Positions 9,142 to 19,305 are shown, counted from the first letter of the stretch. The stretch: DNA of 64,000 nucleotides from Myxococcota bacterium (GCA_039030515.1 JBCCEA010000015.1:1-64000), one strand, 5' to 3'. Made by a program: numbers and translations. Notes: a model not told the origin generated them from the sequence alone.

Positions 9142-11106
9142 ATGAGTCACTCAGCCCGTGGTTCCATGAGTTGTCAGGCGATACTGGCCGGGTCTCGATT
9201 TCGATGCCGCTTCGGAATTGCGGCGACGTCCATGCTGTGGCTCGTCATCGCAGTCACGTACCGTCATTCCATCGTCAACGCACAAGCGATACGCGAGAGG
9301 GTCTCGGGACGTGAGACACACGAGCAAAGTACGTCCGAGCTACTGGATACAGCAACGCAAGACGCCTATCGATATACGATAGCTGCCGATGTCGATCCTA
9401 TCGCGCATTCCGTGCACGGATCGATGCAGCTCGTCTGGGTCAATCGCAGCACCAAACCGATAGACCAGCTGCATCTACATCTTTATTTGAACGCATTCGC
9501 AGACCAAAAAACCGTTTTTATGGCGGAGTCTGGAGGCCATTTACGAAACACTAGCTATGGCGCTCCAGGCTCGATCGAGATTCTGGAACTGCGAACTGGG
9601 CAGCATAACCTACTGACTGCCAGCTCATTTCGCTCGGAAACCGACCACACCGAGCTCGCGGTCAGACTTCCGCAGGCCGTGCCCCCAGGAGGTCGCGTCG
9701 ATATAAGATCTGAGTTTGTGAGTCGCCTACCTAGAGTCTTTGCGCGATCCGGATACAGTCCCAGTGGCTTTCATATGGTCTCGCAGTGGTTTCCGAAAGT
9801 CGCAAAATTAGAGCCGGACGGGTCCTGGGAAACCTTCCCCTATCACGGTAACGGCGAGTTCTACGCTGATTTTTGCTCCTACGATGTCACTGTGCGTGTG
9901 CCGTCCGGGTGGGAGGTTGCCTCAACGGGCGCTTCGAGGGGAGTGTCTATCAAAGGCAACGCCCGAGAATATCGATTCCTGGCAGAACGCGTACACGACT
10001 TCGCTTTTGCTGCATGGGATGATTTTACCAAGAGAAGCAAAAGTATCGATGGTGTATCCGTATGGCTCTTTAGCCCTCCGGCTTATGATCGGGCGGCGGA
10101 ACGCATCCTCGACGTCGTCACATTCGGACTACGGTTCTTTGGAGATCACTATGGCCCCTATCCGTACTCGCACTTAACGGTGGTGCACGTGCCTGAGGAC
10201 GCGAAAGGAGCTGGCGGCATGGAATACCCGACTCTTTTTACCGTAGAGGGGCCCCGCTACTCCTTTGACAAAATTCCGTTTCTTCACGACGAGGTCACAG
10301 CCCATGAAACCGCTCATCAATGGTTCCAGGGCATGATCGCGACCCATGAAGTCCGATGGCCAATGCTCGATGAAGGTATCGCCAACTGGGCACATCGTGA
10401 TCTCGTCAACACGCTCCATCACTCAAATTGGAGTGGAGTCCGCATTGGAAACTGGGGAATAGATACGTATGAACTCCTCCGCTCCTGGTCCATGCGATTC
10501 TATGCGCGCGCTCCGGCACCCGGGAATCCAGCCTACGCATTTTCACCTGCAGAGTATAATGCTTCTGTATACGGGCGTACTAGTCTTGTTCTTGAAACGA
10601 TTGCGCGCACTTGGGGAGTAGAAAAGCTGAGACTAGCTTTGGGAAGATATGCCCGACGCTATCGATGGGCACATCCCACCCCAGACTCACTCTTTGCGGA
10701 ATTCGACGCCGTGTATTGGAATGGCTTTTCTGCGTCTTTCCTCATCCCTGCGCTCATGCATGGTGAGACGGCCTCGGCGCGCATGGTCCGATTTGAGGTC
10801 GCCGACGGCGGCACCACTTTAGAAGTAGAGCGCGTGGGCAGCCTCCCTATTCCACTAGATATCGAACTCGTAGAAGAAAACGGCGATTCGATCCGTGTTC
10901 ATTGGCCACCAAACCAGACCCATTTGTCATCACACTTAAGCAATGAGCACTTTATTGAAGCGCATATCGATCCAGACAATCACAATCTTCTGGACGATTC
11001 GACAATCGACAACCATCGAACCAGCAAGCAACACGATGCATCTCCAGCATTATTCGCCATCGCACTCAAAGCATTTCAAGACATTCTGTTCGCCTTTGGA
11101 CCGTGA
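9142..11106 (+). CDS. M1 family zinc metallo-aminopeptidase, exported or membrane-anchored
   Basis: GGMEYP exopeptidase motif, HETAH-x18-E zinc motif (LDEG), downstream VYGR Tyr and an N-terminal hydrophobic segment. Confidence 0.92.
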   Translation: MSHSARGSMSCQAILAGSRFRCRFGIAATSMLWLVIAVTYRHSIVNAQAIRERVSGRETHEQSTSELLDTATQDAYRYTIAADVDPIAHSVHGSMQLVWVNRSTKPIDQLHLHLYLNAFADQKTVFMAESGGHLRNTSYGAPGSIEILELRTGQHNLLTASSFRSETDHTELAVRLPQAVPPGGRVDIRSEFVSRLPRVFARSGYSPSGFHMVSQWFPKVAKLEPDGSWETFPYHGNGEFYADFCSYDVTVRVPSGWEVASTGASRGVSIKGNAREYRFLAERVHDFAFAAWDDFTKRSKSIDGVSVWLFSPPAYDRAAERILDVVTFGLRFFGDHYGPYPYSHLTVVHVPEDAKGAGGMEYPTLFTVEGPRYSFDKIPFLHDEVTAHETAHQWFQGMIATHEVRWPMLDEGIANWAHRDLVNTLHHSNWSGVRIGNWGIDTYELLRSWSMRFYARAPAPGNPAYAFSPAEYNASVYGRTSLVLETIARTWGVEKLRLALGRYARRYRWAHPTPDSLFAEFDAVYWNGFSASFLIPALMHGETASARMVRFEVADGGTTLEVERVGSLPIPLDIELVEENGDSIRVHWPPNQTHLSSHLSNEHFIEAHIDPDNHNLLDDSTIDNHRTSKQHDASPALFAIALKAFQDILFAFGP

Positions 11107-11996
11107 TCGCTTCTGAAGAATATCGAGATCCGATCGGACTCCCTGACGGCGAACACGACGAGGTGACGCCACTCAAAGATTGGCAACGGGTACGGAACGC
11201 ACTGCCGATGACCATATTGGTTTACTCGACTACTTCGCTACTAGGATGGTTATTGACCGCTATGTGTGCGGATCGTTGGATCCACCTTCTTCCAGAGAAT
11301 GCAGACCTAGACATCGACTGGGTTGCCCCGGGAGGAGCATTGCTTATCGAAGCCCTCGAAAGGGTTATGCGAAACAAAGATAAAATCCAATCTACTCTAT
11401 GGATTGGCGCGACGCTTCATCTACTTACAGCGCCGACACTCAGTGTGGCGTGGCTCCATAGCTTGAGGTACGGAAATAACTTCATCAGATCGGTTCTTTT
11501 TGCGGTCCGAAGAACTCCTACAGCGTTTGCACTCAGCATGATCACCTATACGATTGCAGGTTTGATCTTCGCTGGACTACTCGGACTCATAGGGTGGCTA
11601 GACGTTTACATTAATAGACATTTAGATCATGCACTTTCACATTTATGTCATGTTTTCATGATCATCTCTGGCACAGCACTCATACTCACCACCGCCTGTT
11701 TTAGAGATCTATGTCAGAGATCCTTAGTCGATGATGAACGCAATCCGATGCGCGCACTATACGCAGGCTCGCATCTTCTTTCTGCCAGTTCCATTGGCAC
11801 ATACTCGATATGGTTCTGCATATCTGGATTGGTAAGCGTTGCCAGCTGGTCGCTTGTACTGCAGCTCATGCTCTTGAAGACTCACTTGGGATTCATTTGG
11901 TTTGTTTCGCAGACAGCACGGCTCACGCAGTGTGTTTTGCGCTCTCGTTGGCTCGCGTACGTCGCTTCTCGAACGTCAGCGCAGCACTCAGACTGA
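11103..11996 (+). CDS. Hypothetical polytopic membrane protein
   Basis: About 6 hydrophobic segments. GTGA overlap with the peptidase stop indicates translational coupling. Confidence 0.75.
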   Translation: MIASEEYRDPIGLPDGEHDEVTPLKDWQRVRNALPMTILVYSTTSLLGWLLTAMCADRWIHLLPENADLDIDWVAPGGALLIEALERVMRNKDKIQSTLWIGATLHLLTAPTLSVAWLHSLRYGNNFIRSVLFAVRRTPTAFALSMITYTIAGLIFAGLLGLIGWLDVYINRHLDHALSHLCHVFMIISGTALILTTACFRDLCQRSLVDDERNPMRALYAGSHLLSASSIGTYSIWFCISGLVSVASWSLVLQLMLLKTHLGFIWFVSQTARLTQCVLRSRWLAYVASRTSAQHSD

Positions 11997-12426
11997 AGAA
12001 GCGAAGTGGCCCGGGAACAGGTCGGACGGAGTATCCGGAAGCGAACGCAACACCTCAAGGGAGATTGGGAAGGAGAATCGACGATCAGGGGCGACCTTTG
12101 ATCAAAACCCAATCCTCTTCGATAAAAGCTCAATCCTAGGGGATACTGAACAAATATGTAGTTTCCATGCGTTTATTTATGGTTCCATGCCGTACCCGGT
12201 TCGCTACGCCATACGAAAAAGAGCTTGGTCATCATGGGTGAAATTTACTTGGCCTAAGAATACACAGTCATCGAATACATCCATTTTCGGCGAAATTTCA
12301 AGGTTTACTGACGACAGATAGAGGACCGCGTACGCCGGTTTGTGAAAAAACTTGCACGAAAGTTGGTCTGAGCGATCGAGGCAGGTAGTTCTCGGAGAAG
12401 GCGATCGCCTGGGAGAACAGACCACC

Positions 12427-13665
12427 GTGGCCGAAAACGAAATCATCGCAGGATTGGACCTTGGAACAACCAAGGTCTGCGCGATCGTGGCCGAGAATAC
12501 CGAAGACGGCCTCGATGTGATCGGCATAGGCTCTGTCCCGTCCCGAGGGCTTCGCAAGGGCGTGGTCATCAACATCGAATCCACCGTCCAGGCAATCCGA
12601 GCTGCAATCGACCAGGCGGAAACCATGGCTGGGGTTGAGGTCAACAACGTCTACGCGGGGATTGCCGGTAGTCACGTCCGAGGCATGAACCAAGACGGCG
12701 TAGCCGCGATCGCAGAGCGAGAAGTCAGCGAAGAGGACGTGCGCCGGGTACTCGACCAGGCCAAAGCGATCCCGCTTCCGGGCGATCGACAGGTTCTACA
12801 TGTTTTGCCCCAAGAATACATCGTCGATCAGCAGGACGGGGTCAAAGAGCCCGTGGGCATGAGTGGCGTGCGACTTGAAGCAAGAGTTCACGTGGTGACC
12901 GCCGCAACAACTTCGATCCAAAATACGATCAAGTGCGCTGAACGATGTGGACTCTACGTAGCAGAGGTAGTTCTTCAGCCACTTGCAAGCGCCGACTCCG
13001 TTCTGAGTGAGGATGAGAAGGAAATTGGCGCCGTGCTTATCGACGTCGGCGGGGGGACCACAGACATCATTATCTACGTTGATGGAGCAGTGGTGCACAC
13101 ATCGGTGATCCCCATCGGTGGCCTCAACCTCACCAACGACATCGCCACCGGCTTGCGCACTCCAATGGCGGAGGCAGAGCGGATCAAGATCAAGTACGGT
13201 TGTTCTCTATCTGCGATGGTGGACGAGGAGGAGACCATCGAGGTACCGTCTGTCGGTGGGCGTCCCCCGCGCATTCTCCACCGTCACGTGCTTTGCGACA
13301 TCATCGAACCTCGGGCTGAAGAGATTTTCCAAGCCTGCCGACACGTGATCAGCGAAACCGGATACGCCGACATGCTGGCATCCGGAGCCGTAATCACCGG
13401 CGGAACCACGCTACTGGATGGAATGCCGGAGTTGGCCGAGCAAGTTCTCGGGCTTCCCGTTCGTCGAGGAGCTCCCACAGGCATCGGGGGATTGGTCGAC
13501 ATAGTTCGAAGTCCAGCTTACGCTACGGGCGTCGGACTGGTGAAGTACGGAGCCTCGCGACTCTCTTCATTTCTCAGCGAGACTCCAGAGCAACAGGAAG
13601 AATACGAAACTCCAGCGCGTGGAGGATTGGGCCGCATCGGCCAGTGGTTTCGCGAGGTGTTCTGA
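12427..13665 (+). CDS. ftsA: Cell division protein FtsA
   Basis: GLDLGTTKV, GLRKGVVINIE, IDVGGGTTD, VITGG and a C-terminal amphipathic helix (GRIGQWFREVF). Start set at GTG 12427 after gggag. Confidence 0.98.
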   Translation: MAENEIIAGLDLGTTKVCAIVAENTEDGLDVIGIGSVPSRGLRKGVVINIESTVQAIRAAIDQAETMAGVEVNNVYAGIAGSHVRGMNQDGVAAIAEREVSEEDVRRVLDQAKAIPLPGDRQVLHVLPQEYIVDQQDGVKEPVGMSGVRLEARVHVVTAATTSIQNTIKCAERCGLYVAEVVLQPLASADSVLSEDEKEIGAVLIDVGGGTTDIIIYVDGAVVHTSVIPIGGLNLTNDIATGLRTPMAEAERIKIKYGCSLSAMVDEEETIEVPSVGGRPPRILHRHVLCDIIEPRAEEIFQACRHVISETGYADMLASGAVITGGTTLLDGMPELAEQVLGLPVRRGAPTGIGGLVDIVRSPAYATGVGLVKYGASRLSSFLSETPEQQEEYETPARGGLGRIGQWFREVF

Positions 13666-13697
13666 CACGGATTCTGTACCGACACGGATTCTGTACC
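13664..13697. repeat. 17-bp perfect tandem duplication gacacggattctgtacc x2, overlapping the ftsA stop
   Basis: 13664-13680 is identical to 13681-13697. Confidence 0.95.
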
Positions 13698-13798
13698 GAT
13701 AGGGGTTTTTGGGGTCATGCGGCATCTCCGCCGCACCCAATTCTAAACGAGCTTAGGGAACGACTACGGGAGCAGGGTGAAGCTCCCCGGGAGGGGTT

Positions 13799-15142
13799 AT
13801 GGCAATCTCGATCGAGTTTGCAGACGATGCAGAACTTCAGGCACGCATCAAGGTAGTGGGCGTGGGCGGCGGAGGTGGCAACGCACTCAACACCATGATC
13901 GAAACGGGTCTAGAGGGCGTAGAATTCATCGCGGCCAATACTGATTCACAGTCACTCGAAGCGAATCTGGCTCCGGTCAAAGTCCAGTTAGGCCCACAGC
14001 TCACCAGAGGACTGGGAGCGGGAGGAACTCCGGACGTCGGACGCAAGGCGGCGCTCGAAGACGTGCAGCGTGTCTCCGAGTGTTTGCAGGGAGCCGATAT
14101 GGTGTTTGTGACGGCCGGCATGGGCGGCGGTACGGGCACTGGAGCCGCACCGATCATCGCGCAAGTTGCGAGGGATCTGGGAGCGCTCACCGTGGGCGTA
14201 GTCACCCGTCCCTTCCTATTCGAAGGCCGGAGACGCACGCGGCACGCAGATCAGGGCGTTGAAGAGTTCATCGCATCGGTCGACAGCATCATTACGATTC
14301 CGAATCAAAAACTACTCATGCTCGACGACGACCTTTCGATGCTCGAAGCATTCAAGCGAGCCGACGACGTTTTAGTTCAGGCCGTTCGCGGAATCAGTGA
14401 TCTGATCGTCAATGCTGGGATGATCAACGTCGACTTTGCAGACGTAAAGACGATCATGAGCAACACGGGGCGGGCGCTCATGGGGACGGGGTTTGGTAAG
14501 GGAGACCACCGAGCGGTCGATGCTGCAGAAATGGCGATAAACTCGCCGCTCCTCGACGATATTTCGGTCGACGGGGCAACCGGCATCCTGATCAACTTCA
14601 CCGCCGGACCTGACATCCGCCTACGCGAGATCAACGAGGCAGCCAGCTTGATTCAGCAAGCAGCCCACGAGGATGCAAACATCATTTTCGGTGTCGTCAC
14701 GGAACCTGAGATGAGCGAAATCATCAAGGTGACGGTGATCGCCACGGGATTCGAGAACATGATGCAAACCGCCGAAAGCATCGAAGCGTCCCATAGAGGT
14801 CTGGAGACACCCCAGAGGTCGATGGAGCTGTCGACAAGAAACACCGCCTCAGCCGGGTACGGACGAAACGAGTTCCATGCAGTGCGTCAAGAAAAACGTC
14901 GCAACGCCCTGATTTCTTACGGCTCTAGCGCAGCGGCGACGTCTCGACAGAGCCCACAGGGCGCAGCACCAAAGCAGGGAGCTCCCCATGGAACAAGGGC
15001 AGAGACAAGAGGAACTCATCGGGCGGAATCCACACCGGCGCCACAACCCGAGCGACATTCGAGGGCATTTGGCGCGAGCGCGCTTCACGATGAGGCCGTG
15101 CTAGATATTCCGGCCTACCTCAGGCGCAACAGCATGGAATAA
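13799..15142 (+). CDS. ftsZ: Cell division protein FtsZ
   Basis: IKVVGVGGGGGNA, tubulin signature GGGTGTG, INVDFAD and C-terminal LDIPAYLRR. Confidence 0.99.
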   Translation: MAISIEFADDAELQARIKVVGVGGGGGNALNTMIETGLEGVEFIAANTDSQSLEANLAPVKVQLGPQLTRGLGAGGTPDVGRKAALEDVQRVSECLQGADMVFVTAGMGGGTGTGAAPIIAQVARDLGALTVGVVTRPFLFEGRRRTRHADQGVEEFIASVDSIITIPNQKLLMLDDDLSMLEAFKRADDVLVQAVRGISDLIVNAGMINVDFADVKTIMSNTGRALMGTGFGKGDHRAVDAAEMAINSPLLDDISVDGATGILINFTAGPDIRLREINEAASLIQQAAHEDANIIFGVVTEPEMSEIIKVTVIATGFENMMQTAESIEASHRGLETPQRSMELSTRNTASAGYGRNEFHAVRQEKRRNALISYGSSAAATSRQSPQGAAPKQGAPHGTRAETRGTHRAESTPAPQPERHSRAFGASALHDEAVLDIPAYLRRNSME

Positions 15143-15154
15143 GCGTTTGAACGG

Positions 15155-15186
15155 GCGAGTCGTAGCGATCCAAGGTTGCGACTCGC
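15155..15186 (+). terminator. Hairpin downstream of ftsZ (possible terminator or stabiliser)
   Basis: gcgagtcgtagc pairs with gttgcgactcgc (12-bp stem with two G-U pairs, 8-nt loop). No U tract. Confidence 0.5.
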
Positions 15187-15330
15187 TGCCGCGTAGTACG
15201 ATGAAAAGTCCCGCCAAATGCGGTGTTCATGATCCAGTACTGCGACGCCTGCGGGCGCCACGATGGCTCTAAGCGTTACCGACGCGCAAGGCCTAGGAAT
15301 AACGCCCCAAGCCTGTGGGTATAGCGCGCT

Positions 15331-16281
15331 CTATTCAGCGGCTTCTTCGCCTACAAGACCAAAGCGGACGGGGTCTGCGGCTACCCAGTCTGCGTAGTAC
15401 TCTTCTTGACCGCCCGCCAGAATCCGACCTGTTGCCACGTCTTCTTCGAGCTGTTTGCGGATATCTCCGAGCAAGCGACTGGGAGGCAGTCCGAAACGAT
15501 TCATCAGCAGGTGCCCGAGCCCCTTGGGCAAAGGGGTGACCTTCGCGTCCTGTTCTTTCAGTACGCGAATGCGCTCCTGCAAAGCAGAGATTTGGGCAAC
15601 GCCCCATTTGCGCCGCTCAGGACGCTTGGTGGTGATGTCGGCTCGGGATAGATCGAGCAGGTCCCTCAAACCCGGTCCCATTTGTTTGTAAAAACGCCTC
15701 ACAGCTGAGTCGGTCCAACTTGCACGGTATTGGCTCGGACGAAGATGGTGCAGGATGAGAAAGTGCACTCGTTCGTAGAGGGCACCTTGCATTCCAAGCC
15801 TCTGGGCGGTCCTCTTACGGAACATCGCTGCGCCTACTTCGGCATGTCCGTAAAACGTAACCTGACCATTGTCTTCGATACGGCGAGTCTTCGGTTTGCC
15901 TATATCGTGCAGCAATGCCCCCCAGCGTAGTTCGAGGCGACGCACAGACTGCTTGACCACCTGTTTGGTGTGTTTCCAAACGTCTTTGTGACGCCATTCT
16001 CCGTCACCGAATCCGACCATGCTGGCGACTTCAGGCAGCCATATTTCGAGGAAGCCTCCGGCATGCAGCGCATCGAGAGCGGGCTCTGGAAACTTGCCGA
16101 GCATGAGGTGATCGGTATGCTCGCGAAACTGCGCGCAAGTCACCGCTCGGATGTCTTCTTTCGATGGTTTCGGAGGGGCGGTAGAATCGTGAAGAGAGGT
16201 GTCGTGGGCCAGTGAAGCTGCCCAAGCCAACCATTGGCAAGCGCGTTGTGAATCGGCTTTTGTTTGAACCCGGGTTTTCAT
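15331..16281 (-). CDS. HD-domain phosphohydrolase resembling the C-terminal part of CCA-adding enzymes, without the nucleotidyltransferase head
   Basis: LPEV, HKDVWKHT, LLHDIGKPKT, TFYGHAEVGA, HLRP, WTDSAVRR, LSRADITT and the tail G..LM..FGLPP...LG. Confidence 0.85.
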   Translation of the reverse strand: MKTRVQTKADSQRACQWLAWAASLAHDTSLHDSTAPPKPSKEDIRAVTCAQFREHTDHLMLGKFPEPALDALHAGGFLEIWLPEVASMVGFGDGEWRHKDVWKHTKQVVKQSVRRLELRWGALLHDIGKPKTRRIEDNGQVTFYGHAEVGAAMFRKRTAQRLGMQGALYERVHFLILHHLRPSQYRASWTDSAVRRFYKQMGPGLRDLLDLSRADITTKRPERRKWGVAQISALQERIRVLKEQDAKVTPLPKGLGHLLMNRFGLPPSRLLGDIRKQLEEDVATGRILAGGQEEYYADWVAADPVRFGLVGEEAAE

Positions 16282-16482
16282 GAAACGCCTCGGAGCGGCC
16301 GGTAATGATGGCGGTGTCCTATACCCTGCGCAAGTGCCCGACCGCTTTTAATTGCCCTGGACGTTGGAACATTGCTCGGCAAAGAGGGCGATGGATCCGA
16401 TCGCTGCTTTTTCAACGTGCCGCCTTTCCGCTGGCGATGATTTCTTCAGCGACACCCTGGTCGATCGCGTATTCTCTGCTGG

Positions 16483-18111
16483 ATGAGCGCGCACGCGCAG
16501 ACCTCTTCGATGTTTCGAACGTGGCTTCTGCCGTTTTCGATACTCCTCGGGCTTGCGCTGACCATCTTCGTCATCACCTACGTCATCGACGCTCAGGGTA
16601 GATGGGTTGCCCTCTGGTTGTTTTTTCGTCCCAACCCGTCCACCGCGTCCCAAACCATTTCCAACGCTGGGGAAGTCGTTGCGGCGGTGCTCGGAATCGC
16701 CATCACTGTTGTCGCGATCGTCGTAGAACTCGCCGCCAACCGCTATACGCATCGAATCACCGAGCTCTTCGTCGCAGAGCCGATCAATTTCGGCGTGATG
16801 GGGTATTTTGTGGTCACCGCGCTCGTCAATCTTTGGGTTGGCGTCACCTTTGACTATCAGGACGGCGCTGGCTTCGTGCCTTATTTGGGATTTGGGGTAG
16901 CGATGACGATGCTTGCAGTTTCACTGCTGATTCTGCTGCCTTACTTCGCCTTTGTCCTGGAGTTTCTCAGTCCCCTCCAGATCGTTGACCGCATCCGAGC
17001 GACCACGATGACGATATTGGGTGTTCGTATCTCTGCTGGCAAAGTCGTGGATGCCCAGCGAGAAGCGGTTCGCGGCATCGAGCAGCTCGCTGACGTCGGA
17101 CTAAACGCTATGGAAAACAAGGACAAAGGCGTTTCCATGGCCAGTGTTGACGCGCTCGCGGATATGGTCGACGAATACCTCGAGCGACGCGCACGGTTGC
17201 CCGAAGCATGGTTTCGAGTCGATGGAGATCTCTCCCACAATCCGGATTTCGTGTCGATGGCTCCCGCCGTACTCGAAGACGTGACCAGACGCCAAATTTG
17301 GCTCGAGATGAAGGTGCTGCGTCAGTATCAAACCATCTACAATGAAGCTTTGAACCGGATGCGCGATATCAACTATCTGATCGCGATTCACACCCGGCAC
17401 ATCGCCGAGAACGCTGCGACACGACATATCGAGCCACTGCTCGACCTCGTGTTGAAGTTCTTTAATACCTATATTCGCGCGACGATAAACGCACGAGATG
17501 TCCGAACGGCATACAACGTTTTGAACCAGTATCGGCTGCTTGCGGAATCCATATTGAACTCCAGTTCCCACGCTCGGGCGATAGAGATCGCTCAGTACTT
17601 TAAATACTATGGGCTGATTTCATTCAACGCGAAACTACCGTTTATACTAGAGACCGTTGCCTACGATCTCTGCACTCTATGCGAACTGGCTTTCGACCTG
17701 AGAAGTCCCTCTCTACCGAGTCTGCTGCAAATCTTTCTCGACGTAGATAAGGAATCGGAAAGCGAGGTTCAGGAGGTGAGCTTGCGCGGCGTTCGCAAGG
17801 CCCAGGTCAAACTCGCGACGTACTTTTTAGATCAAGGCGATCATGCGCTTGCACGTGAAGTATTCAACGATATGGAGCGAGAACGTCCGGAGCGGCTGGC
17901 ATCGATCCGAGACGAGCTTCTTGGGGTCAAGAGCCGCGAGTTCTGGGAGATCAGCGACCGAGGGATAAACTTTGACTTCCTTGACGCCGGGCGAAAACGC
18001 CAAATGCTCCTCTTCTTCGACTGGTTTGGAGACCGGCTCGAACCGCCAAACGACCCTGAGAGGCCCGAAGGGCACACCCCGTCACACTCAGTACCCTCAA
18101 ACGATGTTTAA
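16483..18111 (+). CDS. DUF2254-like membrane protein (start may be ATG 16510)
   Basis: 4-5 N-terminal TM helices with AITVVAIVVELAANRYT, followed by a long helical domain (IEQLADVGLNAM...D...A). Confidence 0.7.
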   Translation: MSAHAQTSSMFRTWLLPFSILLGLALTIFVITYVIDAQGRWVALWLFFRPNPSTASQTISNAGEVVAAVLGIAITVVAIVVELAANRYTHRITELFVAEPINFGVMGYFVVTALVNLWVGVTFDYQDGAGFVPYLGFGVAMTMLAVSLLILLPYFAFVLEFLSPLQIVDRIRATTMTILGVRISAGKVVDAQREAVRGIEQLADVGLNAMENKDKGVSMASVDALADMVDEYLERRARLPEAWFRVDGDLSHNPDFVSMAPAVLEDVTRRQIWLEMKVLRQYQTIYNEALNRMRDINYLIAIHTRHIAENAATRHIEPLLDLVLKFFNTYIRATINARDVRTAYNVLNQYRLLAESILNSSSHARAIEIAQYFKYYGLISFNAKLPFILETVAYDLCTLCELAFDLRSPSLPSLLQIFLDVDKESESEVQEVSLRGVRKAQVKLATYFLDQGDHALAREVFNDMERERPERLASIRDELLGVKSREFWEISDRGINFDFLDAGRKRQMLLFFDWFGDRLEPPNDPERPEGHTPSHSVPSNDV

Positions 18112-18124
18112 GCAGGACCCCTGC
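18112..18124. terminator. Small hairpin between convergent stops
   Basis: gcagg-acc-cctgc in the 18-bp gap between the DUF2254-like gene and ftsQ. Confidence 0.3.
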
Positions 18125-18129
18125 AGTTT

Positions 18130-19278
18130 CTAGGAAGCGGCCCCATCGGTCGAGTCAGGCTGGGGTTCGGGTAGTCCTTGGCGGGCTTCTAGAGGAAGAG
18201 GACCAGGCGCTTCGCCCTCGAGTGGAATCCCATGAAGCTTTACGGTGGCGCGATCTGGACGCAACACGTTGTCCAGATAAACATAGGCCGGCTCGACTTC
18301 GAGGGCCTGTAGCCGGTCGAGAATGCGGCGCAACTGCCGCAGTTTCTTTCGATAAGGCCCTGTTCCCAGGCGAACCTCGGTCGGGAGACCTCCTATATAA
18401 AGCGTGAGACTCTGGTCTTGTGTGCCGTGAACCTCGGCGATCGGTTCCCGCCGCCACAAACCCGCTCCTCTGTAGTCGTGCAAGATGGCAACAGCCTGAA
18501 CGATGAACGAGGCGCGGTACGCTCTGTCTCGCAGAAACTGCCCTCGATCGATACCGGTGATCACAGGAAGATCGGGGACTTCGTTCTCATCAATCGACTT
18601 GAAAATGGCACCCTCTTCGGAGACCAAATAGAGACCTCCCATAGAAAGAACCGCAACAGCTTGCCGCTCCCTCAATCCTATTTGGTACGAATCGGGCAAT
18701 CGCCTTTTTACCCAGACATCAGCCACCCAAGGGTGGCCTCGGAGTGCAGTCTCGACCTCTAGCGGGGCCAACTCGAAAATATTTGAGCCGATCTGCAGAC
18801 CCGAAGTTTCGATCACTTCCGAATCGTCAAGCTTCTCATTACCGCTCACCGTGATTTCATGAATCGAAAAAACAGGTGCTGTCAGGACGTACTGCTGAAG
18901 CTCTCGAAAACCGAATGCCGCCAGCAAAACCATCGAGAGCACTGCGCAGCACTTGAGACCGGTGGCGAGAGGGCTCCGCGCATGAAGCCAAAGTCGAGCT
19001 AGGTACACCCCGAGAGACTCCGCGGGGAACCACGTGTCGAGAGCATGGGGCTTTTCGGGAATCGCCTCGAGTCGCGTCACGCGCACATTGCCAAGGCCCC
19101 TCGATGCGGCAGAGGCCTGCGCCACAAGCGGAGGGCGGATCCGTCTTTTCGTTCGGGAATGCCCAACCGACCTGGGGCGTCTGAGCCGATGTACTTCAGG
19201 AGGTTGCGGAGGACGCAATCTTTCGGACCCTCGACGGGTGCGCGGGCGTGTGCGCCGGATATTGTCCTGCTCAACCAC
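18130..19278 (-). CDS. ftsQ: Cell division protein FtsQ/DivIB
   Basis: Long basic N-terminus, a single TM, POTRA domain (F.I.EI.VSGN...HPWV..V.V.RRLP...I.L.ER), position in the dcw cluster. Confidence 0.92.
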   Translation of the reverse strand: MVEQDNIRRTRPRTRRGSERLRPPQPPEVHRLRRPRSVGHSRTKRRIRPPLVAQASAASRGLGNVRVTRLEAIPEKPHALDTWFPAESLGVYLARLWLHARSPLATGLKCCAVLSMVLLAAFGFRELQQYVLTAPVFSIHEITVSGNEKLDDSEVIETSGLQIGSNIFELAPLEVETALRGHPWVADVWVKRRLPDSYQIGLRERQAVAVLSMGGLYLVSEEGAIFKSIDENEVPDLPVITGIDRGQFLRDRAYRASFIVQAVAILHDYRGAGLWRREPIAEVHGTQDQSLTLYIGGLPTEVRLGTGPYRKKLRQLRRILDRLQALEVEPAYVYLDNVLRPDRATVKLHGIPLEGEAPGPLPLEARQGLPEPQPDSTDGAAS

Positions 19279-19305
19279 CCTACGCTCCCATACGAACTCG
19301 GACCG

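Noticed and set aside
12340..18129. Site-specific invertible (phase-variable) ftsAZ segment
   Set aside because: Only weak similarity (aaacttgcac versus aaactgcag) at the putative ends and no recombinase gene; retained only as a fixed-inversion hypothesis.
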